A stretch of DNA of 64,000 bases, taken from Actinomycetes bacterium (lineage in GTDB: Bacteria > Actinomycetota > Acidimicrobiia > Acidimicrobiales > GCA-2861595). Every line of letters starts with the position of its first letter. The stretch's first letter is position 1. Both the position numbers and the translations under genes were made by a program. The stretch is taken from positions 10,771 to 74,770 of the forward strand of contig JAHFUS010000005.1 in NCBI GenBank assembly GCA_023264975.1, in the 5' to 3' direction. Positions 20,209-28,617 of this stretch are shown here, piece by piece. The notes beneath the pieces were generated by a model, which ran no database searches, had not been told where the DNA came from, and saw only the letters and a program-made list of their open reading frames with translations.

Positions 20209-21513
20209 TCACTCCGTCTCCCGGTCGACCGGGAACAGGGTCGGCTTGTGGACGGCGGTGGCAACCGCCTCCAGGCCCCGCTCCACCAGCCTCCGCCGCC
20301 ACGCCCGCTCCTTCTCGGCCCCGAGCGACGGGTCGCCCGTCGGGTAGGGGATGCCCCGCGTGGGTACGATGCGCGGCGCCCCCACCCGCTCGGCGATCGA
20401 GGTGAGGTTGCACAGCAGTGCCGTGGGAATCCCGGCCCGCTCCAACTCCTTCGCTAGCGTTGACCCGCAACGCGTCCCCGTTCCTCACGTGGCGGTGAGC
20501 AGGGCGGCCTGCACCCCCTGTCTGCGCAGGTCGGCCGCCCACTCCACGCCGAAGCGGCGGGCGTTGCCCACCGACGTGCCGTTGCCCGCCGTCACCAGGT
20601 ACTCGCCGTGCAGCTTGCCGATGGCGCCCTCGGCCTCCAACTGGCGGGCCGCGTCCAGGGGGACGATGCGGTGCGGGTCCTCGTTGGCCCACACGGTGGA
20701 GAAGCCGCCGTGCACCGACCGGAACTCGCCGGCGGGCAGGACATCGCGACCGTCGAGCGAGTACCGCAGCCAGCGGGTGGCGCGGGCGGACTCGAGGCTG
20801 TCGGGGTTGGCGTCGGGCACCAGAGCGCCCTCGGTGACGAGGGCCACCAGGGCGGTGGTGACATCGGTCACCGGCTGGGCCGGCGTCACCTGGTCGAAGC
20901 GGGGGAGGGGGACCTCCGTCGCCTCCCGGTCGCCACCCAGGCGGGCCAGCACCAGGGCGACGGCCCGCTCCGCGCTGGTCCGGTCGACGGTGACGTTGCG
21001 GCGGGGGATCTTGCCCACCCGGCCGTCGTCGGCACCCAGGGGCTCGCCTGCGGCAACCTTGCGGACGGCGGCGGCCAGTGTCTCCAGCGACGGCCCCATC
21101 TGGCGGGCCACCTCGCCGCTGGCCACCACGGGGGCGGTGCCGGCTTCGTCGATGCCCGGGTTGTCGGGGTGCATGCAGGCCACGGCGGCGATGCCCTCGG
21201 CCGCGGCCGCGGCGGCCACCCGCGCGCAGGCCAGGCCGTAGCGGCCGCTCGTGAATGCGGGGCCGGTGACCACCACGTCGGGACCGGCCGCCCGCACCAG
21301 GGCCAGGAGGTCGTCCATCACCTCGGGGCCGGCGGCGTGGTCGTCGCCGCACCACACCGTGGCCACGATCTCGAAGTCGTCGCCCAGTAACTGGGCCAGC
21401 TTGCGCCCGGGCCCGGCGGCGCCCGCCTTCGACGCCGGCGGCACCGTGGCGGTGTCCTCCCCGCCGAGGCCGGCGAAGAACTGGTTGATGTAGTGGACGA
21501 CGCGTGTGGTCAC
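20209..21513 (-). CDS. grdB: Glycine/sarcosine/betaine reductase selenoprotein B (GrdB/GrdF/GrdH family), with in-frame TGA = selenocysteine at 20485..20487
   Basis: The C-terminal part of ORF 20485..22335 (from VTTRVVHYINQFFAGLGGED) and ORF 20209..20445 share one frame, separated by one TGA plus 13 sense codons. The joined peptide ..GVQAALLTAT-U-GTGTRCGSTLAKELERAGIPTALLC...RIVPTRGIPYPTGDPSL.. follows the GrdB pattern (..TSTUGTCTRCGATMVKEIERAGIP..) as I recall it. GTG 21513 has AGGAGG 6 nt upstream and a GTGA overlap with the grdE stop. 434 aa. Confidence 0.9.
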
Positions 21514-22808
21514 GAGGCCTCCTGACACGTGAGGTGGCCCCAGCCGAGGGGGCTGAGCGAGGCGTAGACGACGGCGGCGGGCAGCTCGAAGGCGTCGAGG
21601 GCGGTGGCGGCGGCCACGTCGACCCGGTCGCCACCGAGCGCCCGTTCCATGGCGGGGAGCGACAGCCGCTCGTCGTAGTTGCCGGTGCTCACCATGGCGG
21701 TCGCCTTGGTGGGCGGCACCACGATCGACGGCCCGGTGCCGTCCGCCCCTGCCATCTCGGCGTAGAGGGCGACGGTGGGTATACCCAGCTCTTCGAGGGC
21801 GTCCATCTTGAGGGCCATGTCGGCGTCGGCGTTGCCGCCACCCTCCTTGGTGACGATGACGGCGTCGAACCCGGCCGCCTTGCACAGGCGGGCGGCGTGG
21901 GCGCTCACCAGTTCCTTGTTGGTGGCGTCGACCGGTTCGGGCGACAGCACCACGCCGGCGCAGAGCAGATCGACGCCGTGGCGGGCCCGCAGGGCGGCCA
22001 CCACCGGGTGGTTCTGGAACACCCAGGTGGGGTTCTTGAGGCTGGGGTGGCCCAGCTGACCGCTCACCACGGCGCCGTCGTCGAGGTCGCCCGGGTCGAT
22101 GAGGGTGGGCAGGGCGATGGAGCCGAAGCTGCGCCCGTAGACGAAGATCTCCTTGAACGTGCCCTGCGTCTGGAGGTTGGTGATGGCCGCCACCCGGGGC
22201 AGGCTCCGGTCGCCGGCATCGGGCAGCCCGGGCAGCTCCTCGACGGCATCGGGGGTGGCGCCCAGGGCCGCCTCGGCCAGTCGGGCGGCGAGAGCCAGCG
22301 AGCCATTGCGTAGCGCCTCGTAGACGGCCTCCCATGCCGCGCCGGGAGCGGGTGCGAACTCGACCACCAGGTTGTGGGTGGTGCCGAGGGGCGACAGTGG
22401 TGCGGCCGGCCCGGACATGTCGACCACGGCCTCCTGGGCCCGGGGCAGGAAACCGGCCGTCACCACCGCTGTGCCCCGCAGGACGTGCGTGGTGCCGCGA
22501 CCCTGGGGCATGGCGGGCCCGACGAAGCCCGGGAAGATACCTCCGCCACCCGGGCCCTTGGTGCGGGGCTCCACTGCATCCAGAACCTTCACGATTCGGG
22601 TCGAATCGCCCGGCGATGCCCAGGACACCCGTACCTCGGCCAGCGCAGGGTCGGCCACGAGGGCCGCAGCTTCGGCGGACGACACGGTGAGCGTACCGGC
22701 GTCGTACGTGGTCTGGTCACCGAGTGCGACGGCGCGCACAAGGTGGACCAGCCGGGTCAGACCTGTGCCGGAGCTGTCTCGTGCCGACGCACCACTCCTC
22801 GCGTCCAC
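21510..22808 (-). CDS. grdE: Glycine reductase proprotein GrdE-like (substrate-binding protein B alpha/beta precursor)
   Basis: 432 aa. The blocks ..RLVHLVRAVALGDQTTYDAGTLTV..SWASPGDSTRIVKVLDAVEPRTK.. resemble the clostridial GrdE N-terminus (..IKDVQFGEKT...ARPGESVRI.PVKDVIEPR.K). The position upstream of grdB also fits. The exact start is uncertain: GTG 22808 has only a weak SD. Confidence 0.8.
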   Translation of the reverse strand: MDARSGASARDSSGTGLTRLVHLVRAVALGDQTTYDAGTLTVSSAEAAALVADPALAEVRVSWASPGDSTRIVKVLDAVEPRTKGPGGGGIFPGFVGPAMPQGRGTTHVLRGTAVVTAGFLPRAQEAVVDMSGPAAPLSPLGTTHNLVVEFAPAPGAAWEAVYEALRNGSLALAARLAEAALGATPDAVEELPGLPDAGDRSLPRVAAITNLQTQGTFKEIFVYGRSFGSIALPTLIDPGDLDDGAVVSGQLGHPSLKNPTWVFQNHPVVAALRARHGVDLLCAGVVLSPEPVDATNKELVSAHAARLCKAAGFDAVIVTKEGGGNADADMALKMDALEELGIPTVALYAEMAGADGTGPSIVVPPTKATAMVSTGNYDERLSLPAMERALGGDRVDVAAATALDAFELPAAVVYASLSPLGWGHLTCQEAS

Positions 22809-22907
22809 ACCCCAGTTGTACTCGCAGGAGGACCTGATCGAACAGTTCTCAAGGCCAGCCCTCTCCGTGCCGATAGCGAAGTGGGCGAAGTCTGGGAGGA
22901 CCGGAGC

Positions 22908-23576
22908 GTGGTTGCAGGGCTGTCCAGCCGGGTGCGGCGGCGGGTTCCCGCCGTGGTCATCGCCCTAGCGGTGCTGTGGGCCGTCGGCCTTGCGCTCTTG
23001 GAGCCCGCTGCCGCGGCCGGAGGGGGGCCTGGCGACGGCGACCCGATCGGGCCGCTCGCGCCCACGACGAACCTCCAGGTGACACCCCTCACCGTGCCGC
23101 CCGCGACGCTTCCGCCGGTGACCCTGCCACCCGTCCCGGTGGAGCCGTCGATCGCCGTGCCTCCGGTTCCGCTTCCCGACCTCCAGTCGCTCGTGCCCGG
23201 ACCCGCGCCGGCCGGGGTGTCCGAGGGCCAGACGGCGGCCGCACCCGATGCGGCGCCCACTCCGACGGACGTGGCGTCGGCGCCCGCCGCCTCGGATGCC
23301 CCGGCCGTCGCCAAAGCGCCGCCCAGTTCGCCCCACCCCGTGGCCCCGGTGGTGCGCACGCCGCCGGCGCCGGCGACGGTCCCGTCGGTCACCGGGCCAC
23401 TCCCGCTCCGCCTGCGCAACGCCGCATTGCAGACGGCCCGGCGGCTCTCCGTGCCCATGGGGCTGGCTGCCGCCATCGTGGTCTTCCTCGTGCTGCAACC
23501 CCGGCTCGACCGGAATGACCCGAACGTGGCCCACGCCGGCGTCAGCCGCGACGACGACCTCCTCGGTTTCCAGTGA
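22908..23576 (+). CDS. Proline-rich membrane-anchored hypothetical protein
   Basis: In-frame part of ORF 22374..23576 that does not overlap grdE. GTG 22908 has GGGAGGA 7 nt upstream. N-terminal TM/signal VPAVVIALAVLWAVGLALL, Pro-rich repeats (TVPPATLPPVTLPPVPVEP), C-terminal TM LSVPMGLAAAIVVFLVL. Confidence 0.55.
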   Translation: MVAGLSSRVRRRVPAVVIALAVLWAVGLALLEPAAAAGGGPGDGDPIGPLAPTTNLQVTPLTVPPATLPPVTLPPVPVEPSIAVPPVPLPDLQSLVPGPAPAGVSEGQTAAAPDAAPTPTDVASAPAASDAPAVAKAPPSSPHPVAPVVRTPPAPATVPSVTGPLPLRLRNAALQTARRLSVPMGLAAAIVVFLVLQPRLDRNDPNVAHAGVSRDDDLLGFQ

Positions 23577-23619
23577 CCGGCCCCCGCCCCTGCTGGGCGC
23601 CGCTCCGGTCGGCGAACCG

Positions 23620-25527
23620 ATGCGAACTTCACAGCGTTCTGCCGACCAGAACCGGTTGGCAGTGACGGGCCGGGTCGTGCGGGCCATCGAGGAGCGCGGT
23701 GTCGCGGCTCCCGGGGCCGAAGCAGCGCCGGAGACGAGTCGAGCCGCACAGTTCCTCCAGGAGCTGGCCGAGGTGGGGTGGACCGACGCTGCGTCAACGC
23801 CTCCCGACGGCGCCACGGTCCTGCCGGCCGAAGGCCGCCCCTTCGCGCGGAGGCGGGTGTTGAAGCCCGCCTCGCCGTCGGTGCCGTTCCCCATCGCCGT
23901 GTCGGAGCCGGCGCCGAAGCCGGCCGACGCCGAGGGACCGGCCGCGGCCGACCACGCCGTCGACCTGGCGCCGCTCCACCTGCGCCTCCTCATGCTCCAG
24001 GCCCTGCGGATCGCCCTCGCCGTCATAACCGCCACCACCGTCCTGGTCCTCCCCGGGCCGCTCGGGCCCGACCCAGGCCCCGGCCTGGCCGTTGTGAGCG
24101 TGGCCTACGCCCTGGTCTCCAGCGGCATCGAGCTGGCCCGTCGCCACATGGCCCTTCGGAGCGCGGCGCTGGTGGGCGGGCTGATCCTCTTCGACGGCGT
24201 CTACCTGGCCGTCGTCATGGCCGACACGGGTGGGCCCCAGAGCGTCCTGTCATTCCTGGTCCTGGTGCACGTGATCGCCGTCACCCTGCTCCTCTCCTTC
24301 CGCAACGGGCTGAAGGCGGCGCTGTGGCACGCCCTCCTGCTGTTCGTCGCGTCCTGGTTGACCCAGGCGGGCGTGGTGGACGCCCGGCCCGGCGGCAGCC
24401 CCGAGCAGGCCGCCGTGCTCGGCGCGTTGGCCCTGCTGGTGGTGGCCGTGGCCACCGCCTGGTTCTCGTCCCTGAACGAGGGTGAGCTGCGGCGGGGCAA
24501 GGCCGGGCTGCGGGCGCTGGCCGGGATGGGCGCCCGGATGGCCGGCAGCCGCGACCGCACCGAGTTGGTGCAGGCCCTGCTCGAAGCGGTGGCGGAAGCG
24601 TTCGGGCACCAGCGGGCCGCCGTGGTCGTCGCCGACGACGAGAGCCGTACCGCCACCGCCTACGTGATCGGCCGGTACGGATCGCTGGACAAGGCGGCCA
24701 CCGGCCCGGCCGGCAACGCCGTCGTGCGCCATTCGCTGAGCATCGTCGAGGGGGCCGCCGCCGTCGACCCGCTGCTCATGCGAGCCATCGACCCCGACCG
24801 CGACCACCTGCTGGCGGTCGCCCTTCCCGGTGCTGTCAACGTGATGGTCGCGCCCCTGGTGGTGGAGGGCCGTCCCATCGGCGCCCTGGCCGTGGAGCGG
24901 GGCGGCGGTCGCCGCACCCGGGTGACGGCCCGCACGGTCGACCTGCTCGGCCAGTTTGCCGCCCATGCCGCGCTGGCGTTGCGCGCCGCATCCCTTCAGG
25001 CCGAGGTGGAGCGCCTGGCCCGCACCGACGGTCTTACCGGCCTGGCCAATCGCCGCTCGTTCGAAGCCGCCCTCGAGCACGAGCTGGCCCAGGCCGTGCG
25101 CCGGGGGGAACCGTGCGGGCTGATCGTGGTCGATGTCGACCACTTCAAGGCGGTCAACGACACGTACGGGCACCAGACGGGCGACGAGGTCCTCGAGAAG
25201 GTGGCGTGGGCGCTCGCCGCCGCCGCCCGCACGACCGACCTGGTGGCCCGCTACGGCGGCGAGGAGTTCGCCGTCATCCTTCCGTCGTGCGACGGCATCG
25301 AGGCCGTTCAGGTGGCCGAGCGGCTGCGGGCGGCGGTGGCCGGGCAGGAGGGGGCAGTCGCCGTCACCGTCAGCGCCGGCGTCGCCGTGTTCCCGGCCGA
25401 CGGCAGCGACGGCTCGTCGCTCGTGGCGGCGGCCGACAAGGCGCTCTACAAGGCCAAGCGGCAGGGTCGTGACCGCACCGTGCGCTACCGCCGTCCCCGC
25501 CCCGCTGCCGCTGCCGCTGCCTCGTAG
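23620..25527 (+). CDS. Membrane-bound diguanylate cyclase (6 TM - GAF-like - GGDEF)
   Basis: In-frame part of ORF 23248..25527 from ATG 23620 (start approximate). Six hydrophobic helices. The GGDEF domain carries DGLTGLANRR and the active site RYGGEEF, with an RTTD I-site (RxxD) five residues upstream. Confidence 0.85.
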   Translation: MRTSQRSADQNRLAVTGRVVRAIEERGVAAPGAEAAPETSRAAQFLQELAEVGWTDAASTPPDGATVLPAEGRPFARRRVLKPASPSVPFPIAVSEPAPKPADAEGPAAADHAVDLAPLHLRLLMLQALRIALAVITATTVLVLPGPLGPDPGPGLAVVSVAYALVSSGIELARRHMALRSAALVGGLILFDGVYLAVVMADTGGPQSVLSFLVLVHVIAVTLLLSFRNGLKAALWHALLLFVASWLTQAGVVDARPGGSPEQAAVLGALALLVVAVATAWFSSLNEGELRRGKAGLRALAGMGARMAGSRDRTELVQALLEAVAEAFGHQRAAVVVADDESRTATAYVIGRYGSLDKAATGPAGNAVVRHSLSIVEGAAAVDPLLMRAIDPDRDHLLAVALPGAVNVMVAPLVVEGRPIGALAVERGGGRRTRVTARTVDLLGQFAAHAALALRAASLQAEVERLARTDGLTGLANRRSFEAALEHELAQAVRRGEPCGLIVVDVDHFKAVNDTYGHQTGDEVLEKVAWALAAAARTTDLVARYGGEEFAVILPSCDGIEAVQVAERLRAAVAGQEGAVAVTVSAGVAVFPADGSDGSSLVAAADKALYKAKRQGRDRTVRYRRPRPAAAAAAS

Positions 25528-25593
25528 GCGCGGGAGGCGTCGTAGGCTCGGCCTCCCGTGGCGGCCGCCGCCGGCGGCCAGCAAGGAGCGCCC

Positions 25594-26013
25594 ATGAGCC
25601 CGGAGATGGCCAAGACCGACGAGGAATGGCGCCGGCAGCTGACGCCCGAGCAGTTCCGGGTCCTGCGTCAGAAGGGGACCGAGCGGGCGTTCACCGGCAA
25701 GTACGTCGACGCCAAGGACGACGGCACCTACCGGTGCGCGGCGTGCGGCGCCGCTCTGTTCATGTCGGGCACCAAGTTCGAGTCCGGCACAGGCTGGCCG
25801 AGCTTCACCGAGCCGGCGGTGGCCGAGGCGGTCGAGCTGATCAAGGACCGCAGCCACGGCATGGTGCGCACCGAGGTGGTGTGCCGCAACTGTGGTGGCC
25901 ACCTGGGCCACGTGTTCGACGACGGCCCCGGCCCCGGCGGCCAGCGATTCTGCATCAACTCCGCCTCGCTGGATCTCGACACCGACGCGCCGCCGCCGCT
26001 GCCCGGGGTCTGA
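25594..26013 (+). CDS. msrB: Peptide-methionine (R)-S-oxide reductase MsrB
   Basis: ORF 25558..26013. Zinc CxxC pairs ([23 protein letters not shown]) and catalytic RFCINS. Start ATG 25594 ([12 protein letters not shown]) or 25558. Confidence 0.9.
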   Translation: MSPEMAKTDEEWRRQLTPEQFRVLRQKGTERAFTGKYVDAKDDGTYRCAACGAALFMSGTKFESGTGWPSFTEPAVAEAVELIKDRSHGMVRTEVVCRNCGGHLGHVFDDGPGPGGQRFCINSASLDLDTDAPPPLPGV

Positions 26014-26041
26014 GCCACCTGGGGGGCCGTAGGATCGGCCA

Positions 26042-26878
26042 GTGCCCCGCATCGTCGACATCCTCCCGTCCTTCGAGGAGTACGCCCGGAAGACGTTCGT
26101 CGACTCGCCGATGGTGCGCGAGTCGCGCTGGAAGGACCTCTACGAGAGCGCCAACCCCGAGATCTTCGAGGCGTTCTACGCCGGTCAGGGGGACACGGTG
26201 GGCAAGTCGGCGGTGGTGCGCGAGCTCACCATCGTGCGGGACCGGGTGAGCGAGGGCGGTCCCGTGCTCCACCGGGTGATCGAGGAGGTGGAGCCGGCCG
26301 TGCGCGACGTACTCGGCCTGGCTCCCACACCCGATCCGCTGCACGTCCTCATGGTCGGGCCCTACTCGGTCAACGTGCTGGTCGGCTCGATGGGCGACGA
26401 GGTTGCGGTCTTCCACTGCCTGGAGTGGTTCCAGTCCGAGGCGGGCAGCCGGGTCCTGGTGGCCCATGAGGACGCCCACGCCTGGCACCGGATCGTGCTC
26501 GGCGCCGTGCCCCCCGAGAGTGATGCGGTATGGACGACGTTCTCCGAGGGGCTGGCCACGCTCGTTTCCCGCCAGGTCGTGGCGGACCGCCCGGAGGAGG
26601 ACTACTTCTGGTTCGGCCACGAGGGCTTCGAGGACTGGCTGCCGTGGTGCGTGGAGCACCGGGCCGAGCTGGTGGCCCGCTTCCGCGACGAGCTCGACGC
26701 CGAGGGCACGGCCGACACGTTCTTCGGCTCAGGTCTGGTGGAGAAGCGCTGGCGGGTCGGGTACTACCTGGCCGATCTCGTGGTTGGGGCGATGGAGCGC
26801 ACCCTGCCCGAGCTGGTCGCACTGACCGTGGACGAAGCGCGCGACGCCGTGCGAGAGGCGCTTGCGAATCTCACTTGA
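26042..26878 (+). CDS. Hypothetical protein with HExxH motif (possible DUF2268-like zinc-dependent peptidase)
   Basis: 278 aa, unbiased composition. HEDAH at VLVAHEDAHAWH. Family assignment is from memory only. Confidence 0.65.
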   Translation: MPRIVDILPSFEEYARKTFVDSPMVRESRWKDLYESANPEIFEAFYAGQGDTVGKSAVVRELTIVRDRVSEGGPVLHRVIEEVEPAVRDVLGLAPTPDPLHVLMVGPYSVNVLVGSMGDEVAVFHCLEWFQSEAGSRVLVAHEDAHAWHRIVLGAVPPESDAVWTTFSEGLATLVSRQVVADRPEEDYFWFGHEGFEDWLPWCVEHRAELVARFRDELDAEGTADTFFGSGLVEKRWRVGYYLADLVVGAMERTLPELVALTVDEARDAVREALANLT

Positions 26879-26970
26879 CCTGGCCCCAAGGGCCAGGTTC
26901 TACCCTTCTCTCCAGATGCGATCCCCCGACGCGATGCCGGGGTGCTCTGCATCGGAGGAGGAGTTCCAGC

Positions 26971-27171
26971 ATGACGATGACGACCGGCTGCTCCTGCGGC
27001 TGCAGTTCCATGACGTCTCTCACGGCCGCCGCCGAGCCCTGCGGCTGCGGGTGCGAGTGCTGCGGCGCCGCGGCCAAGTCCCGCGAGGACGAGATCACCG
27101 AGCTGCACAACCTGCGGGCGGCCATCGAGACACGCCTGTCCGAGCTCTCGACCGACCCCGTCCCGGGGTAA
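26971..27171 (+). CDS. Small Cys-rich protein (66 aa), metallothionein-like N-terminus plus amphipathic C-terminal helix
   Basis: In-frame tail of ORF 26530..27171. ATG 26971 is preceded by GGAGGAGGAG (26954..26963). Peptide: MTMTTGCSCGCSSMTSLTAAAEPCGCGCECCGAAAKSREDEITELHNLRAAIETRLSELSTDPVPG, with 8 Cys in the first 31 residues. No family recognised. Confidence 0.6.
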   Translation: MTMTTGCSCGCSSMTSLTAAAEPCGCGCECCGAAAKSREDEITELHNLRAAIETRLSELSTDPVPG

Positions 27172-27370
27172 CCCGAGGATGTCCGGGCGGCGACGAGGCC
27201 GGCCGGAGCCGGCTGATCCCCCGGCCGGCCCGGCCGGCCTCGCGCGCACCCGCGGGCCAGGCCCGCCGGCCGGGGACCCTCCCGCGCGAGTGACCCGTGC
27301 CGGCCTCGCGCTCGCGTGAAGATCCACCGTCATGTCGTCGACGGCTCCCTGGGGGCGGACTGATCGCCCG

Positions 27371-28519
27371 CTACGCCCCGTCCGGCAACGCCGTCGCCGC
27401 CATCGGGGCGGTGACATCGAGGCGGTAGCCCCGACCGGGGCTGGGCCGGAGCGCCGCTCCGCACGGCCCCAGGCGTCGGCGCAGGCGGGTGATGGTGGCC
27501 TCCAGGAGATGGGGGTCGGCGGTGGGCGATCCCCAGAGCTTCTGGAGGAGCACGGGCCGGGACACCACCGCCCCGGGCCGGTTGGCCAGCAGGGCGAACA
27601 CGGCCTGCTCCAGCGGCGGCATCTCCACCGTGCGATCGCCGATCTGCACGGCGAAGCCCTGCACCACCACCTCGGTCCCGGCCAGCACCAGGGTGCGCCG
27701 GCGGTCCTCGAACCGATCGCTCAGGGCCCGGATCATCAGCCCGAGGCGCCCGATCGCCGGCTCGACCGGAGCCTCGATGCCCTCGTCGCGGGCCACGCCG
27801 GCGCACACCGCCCCGACGCAGGCGGCGACCAGGCCGCCCGAGTTGAACGCCCGGCGCAGGTGCTGGTCGCGGTTGTGATGGGCGGCGACAGCGAAGAGGT
27901 TCTGGACAGCGGGGGCGCTGGTGAACGTCACGGCATCGACCCGCCCGTCACAGGCGGCGTCCACCAGGCGCAGGGCGGGGCCGGTGTCGTCGGGCATCCG
28001 CCAGCGGTAGACCGGCACCTCGACCACGTCGGCGCCCCGCTTTCGAAGCGCCAGGGTGATGTCGACCGCCTCCGCACCAGCCTCCTGTACTGCGACTCGC
28101 TTGCCCTCGAGGGACTCGGCCAGGAGTAGGGGCAGCAGCTGGTCGAGGCGCTCGTTGGGGGACGACTGCCATACGGTCATCCCCGCCGCCTGCACGGCGC
28201 CGGCCGACTTGGGCCCCCGGGCCACGATCCGGGCCGGCGTGAGGGCTGAAAGCAGCGCCTCACCCATGCCCCAGGCCTGGGCTGCCTCCAGCCACGCCCG
28301 CATGCCGATCCCGGTGGTGGCCACCAGGTAGTCCGGCGGCTCGCCGGCCACCGAAGCGGTGGCGGAACGCAGCGCTTCGTCGGAGGCCAGGTACTGGGTG
28401 GCGATGCTCGGCCCGTGCAGGACACGGGCCCCGCGCCGGCGCAACAACTCGGCCTGGTCCTCCCAGCGGCGGTCGGCGGTGACGCCCACGGTGTAGCCCT
28501 CCAGGGGGCGCAACGGCAT
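27371..28519 (-). CDS. nnaR: Uroporphyrinogen-III-synthase (HemD)-like domain fused to OmpR/PhoB-type winged-helix DNA-binding domain (NnaR-like nitrate/nitrite assimilation regulator)
   Basis: Trimmed from ORF 27371..28621 to MPLRPLEGYTVGVTADRR, removing the overlap with nasC. The N-terminal two-thirds is HemD-like. The C-terminus (PLEQAVFALLANRPGAVVSRPVLLQKLW...LEATITRLRRRLG...GRGYRL) is a trans_reg_C-type wHTH. Last gene of the nitrate operon. This architecture is known from Streptomyces NnaR and M. tuberculosis Rv0260c. Confidence 0.85.
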   Translation of the reverse strand: MPLRPLEGYTVGVTADRRWEDQAELLRRRGARVLHGPSIATQYLASDEALRSATASVAGEPPDYLVATTGIGMRAWLEAAQAWGMGEALLSALTPARIVARGPKSAGAVQAAGMTVWQSSPNERLDQLLPLLLAESLEGKRVAVQEAGAEAVDITLALRKRGADVVEVPVYRWRMPDDTGPALRLVDAACDGRVDAVTFTSAPAVQNLFAVAAHHNRDQHLRRAFNSGGLVAACVGAVCAGVARDEGIEAPVEPAIGRLGLMIRALSDRFEDRRRTLVLAGTEVVVQGFAVQIGDRTVEMPPLEQAVFALLANRPGAVVSRPVLLQKLWGSPTADPHLLEATITRLRRRLGPCGAALRPSPGRGYRLDVTAPMAATALPDGA

Positions 28520-28617
28520 TCCCCAATCCTGGGGGGGAGGTGTTACCAACTTGTTTCTGCCGCCCTGGTATCGGGGTGAAATCCGTCTGAACGGCGGCTG
28601 TACGCGTCGTGTCGTGC

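Noticed and set aside
22809-22907. Possible glycine riboswitch in the grdE leader (minus-strand sequence contains ACGGAGAG)
   Set aside because: Only this short match is present. The conserved CACCGAAGGGGCAA / CTCTGGAGAG...ACCGAAGG cores are absent. The ~100-nt leader is also too short for a tandem aptamer.
26862-27293. 143-aa plus-strand ORF overlapping the Cys-rich peptide in another frame
   Set aside because: Its composition is Arg-rich and it has no SD. The competing frame has a perfect GGAGGAGGAG SD and a structured Cys pattern.
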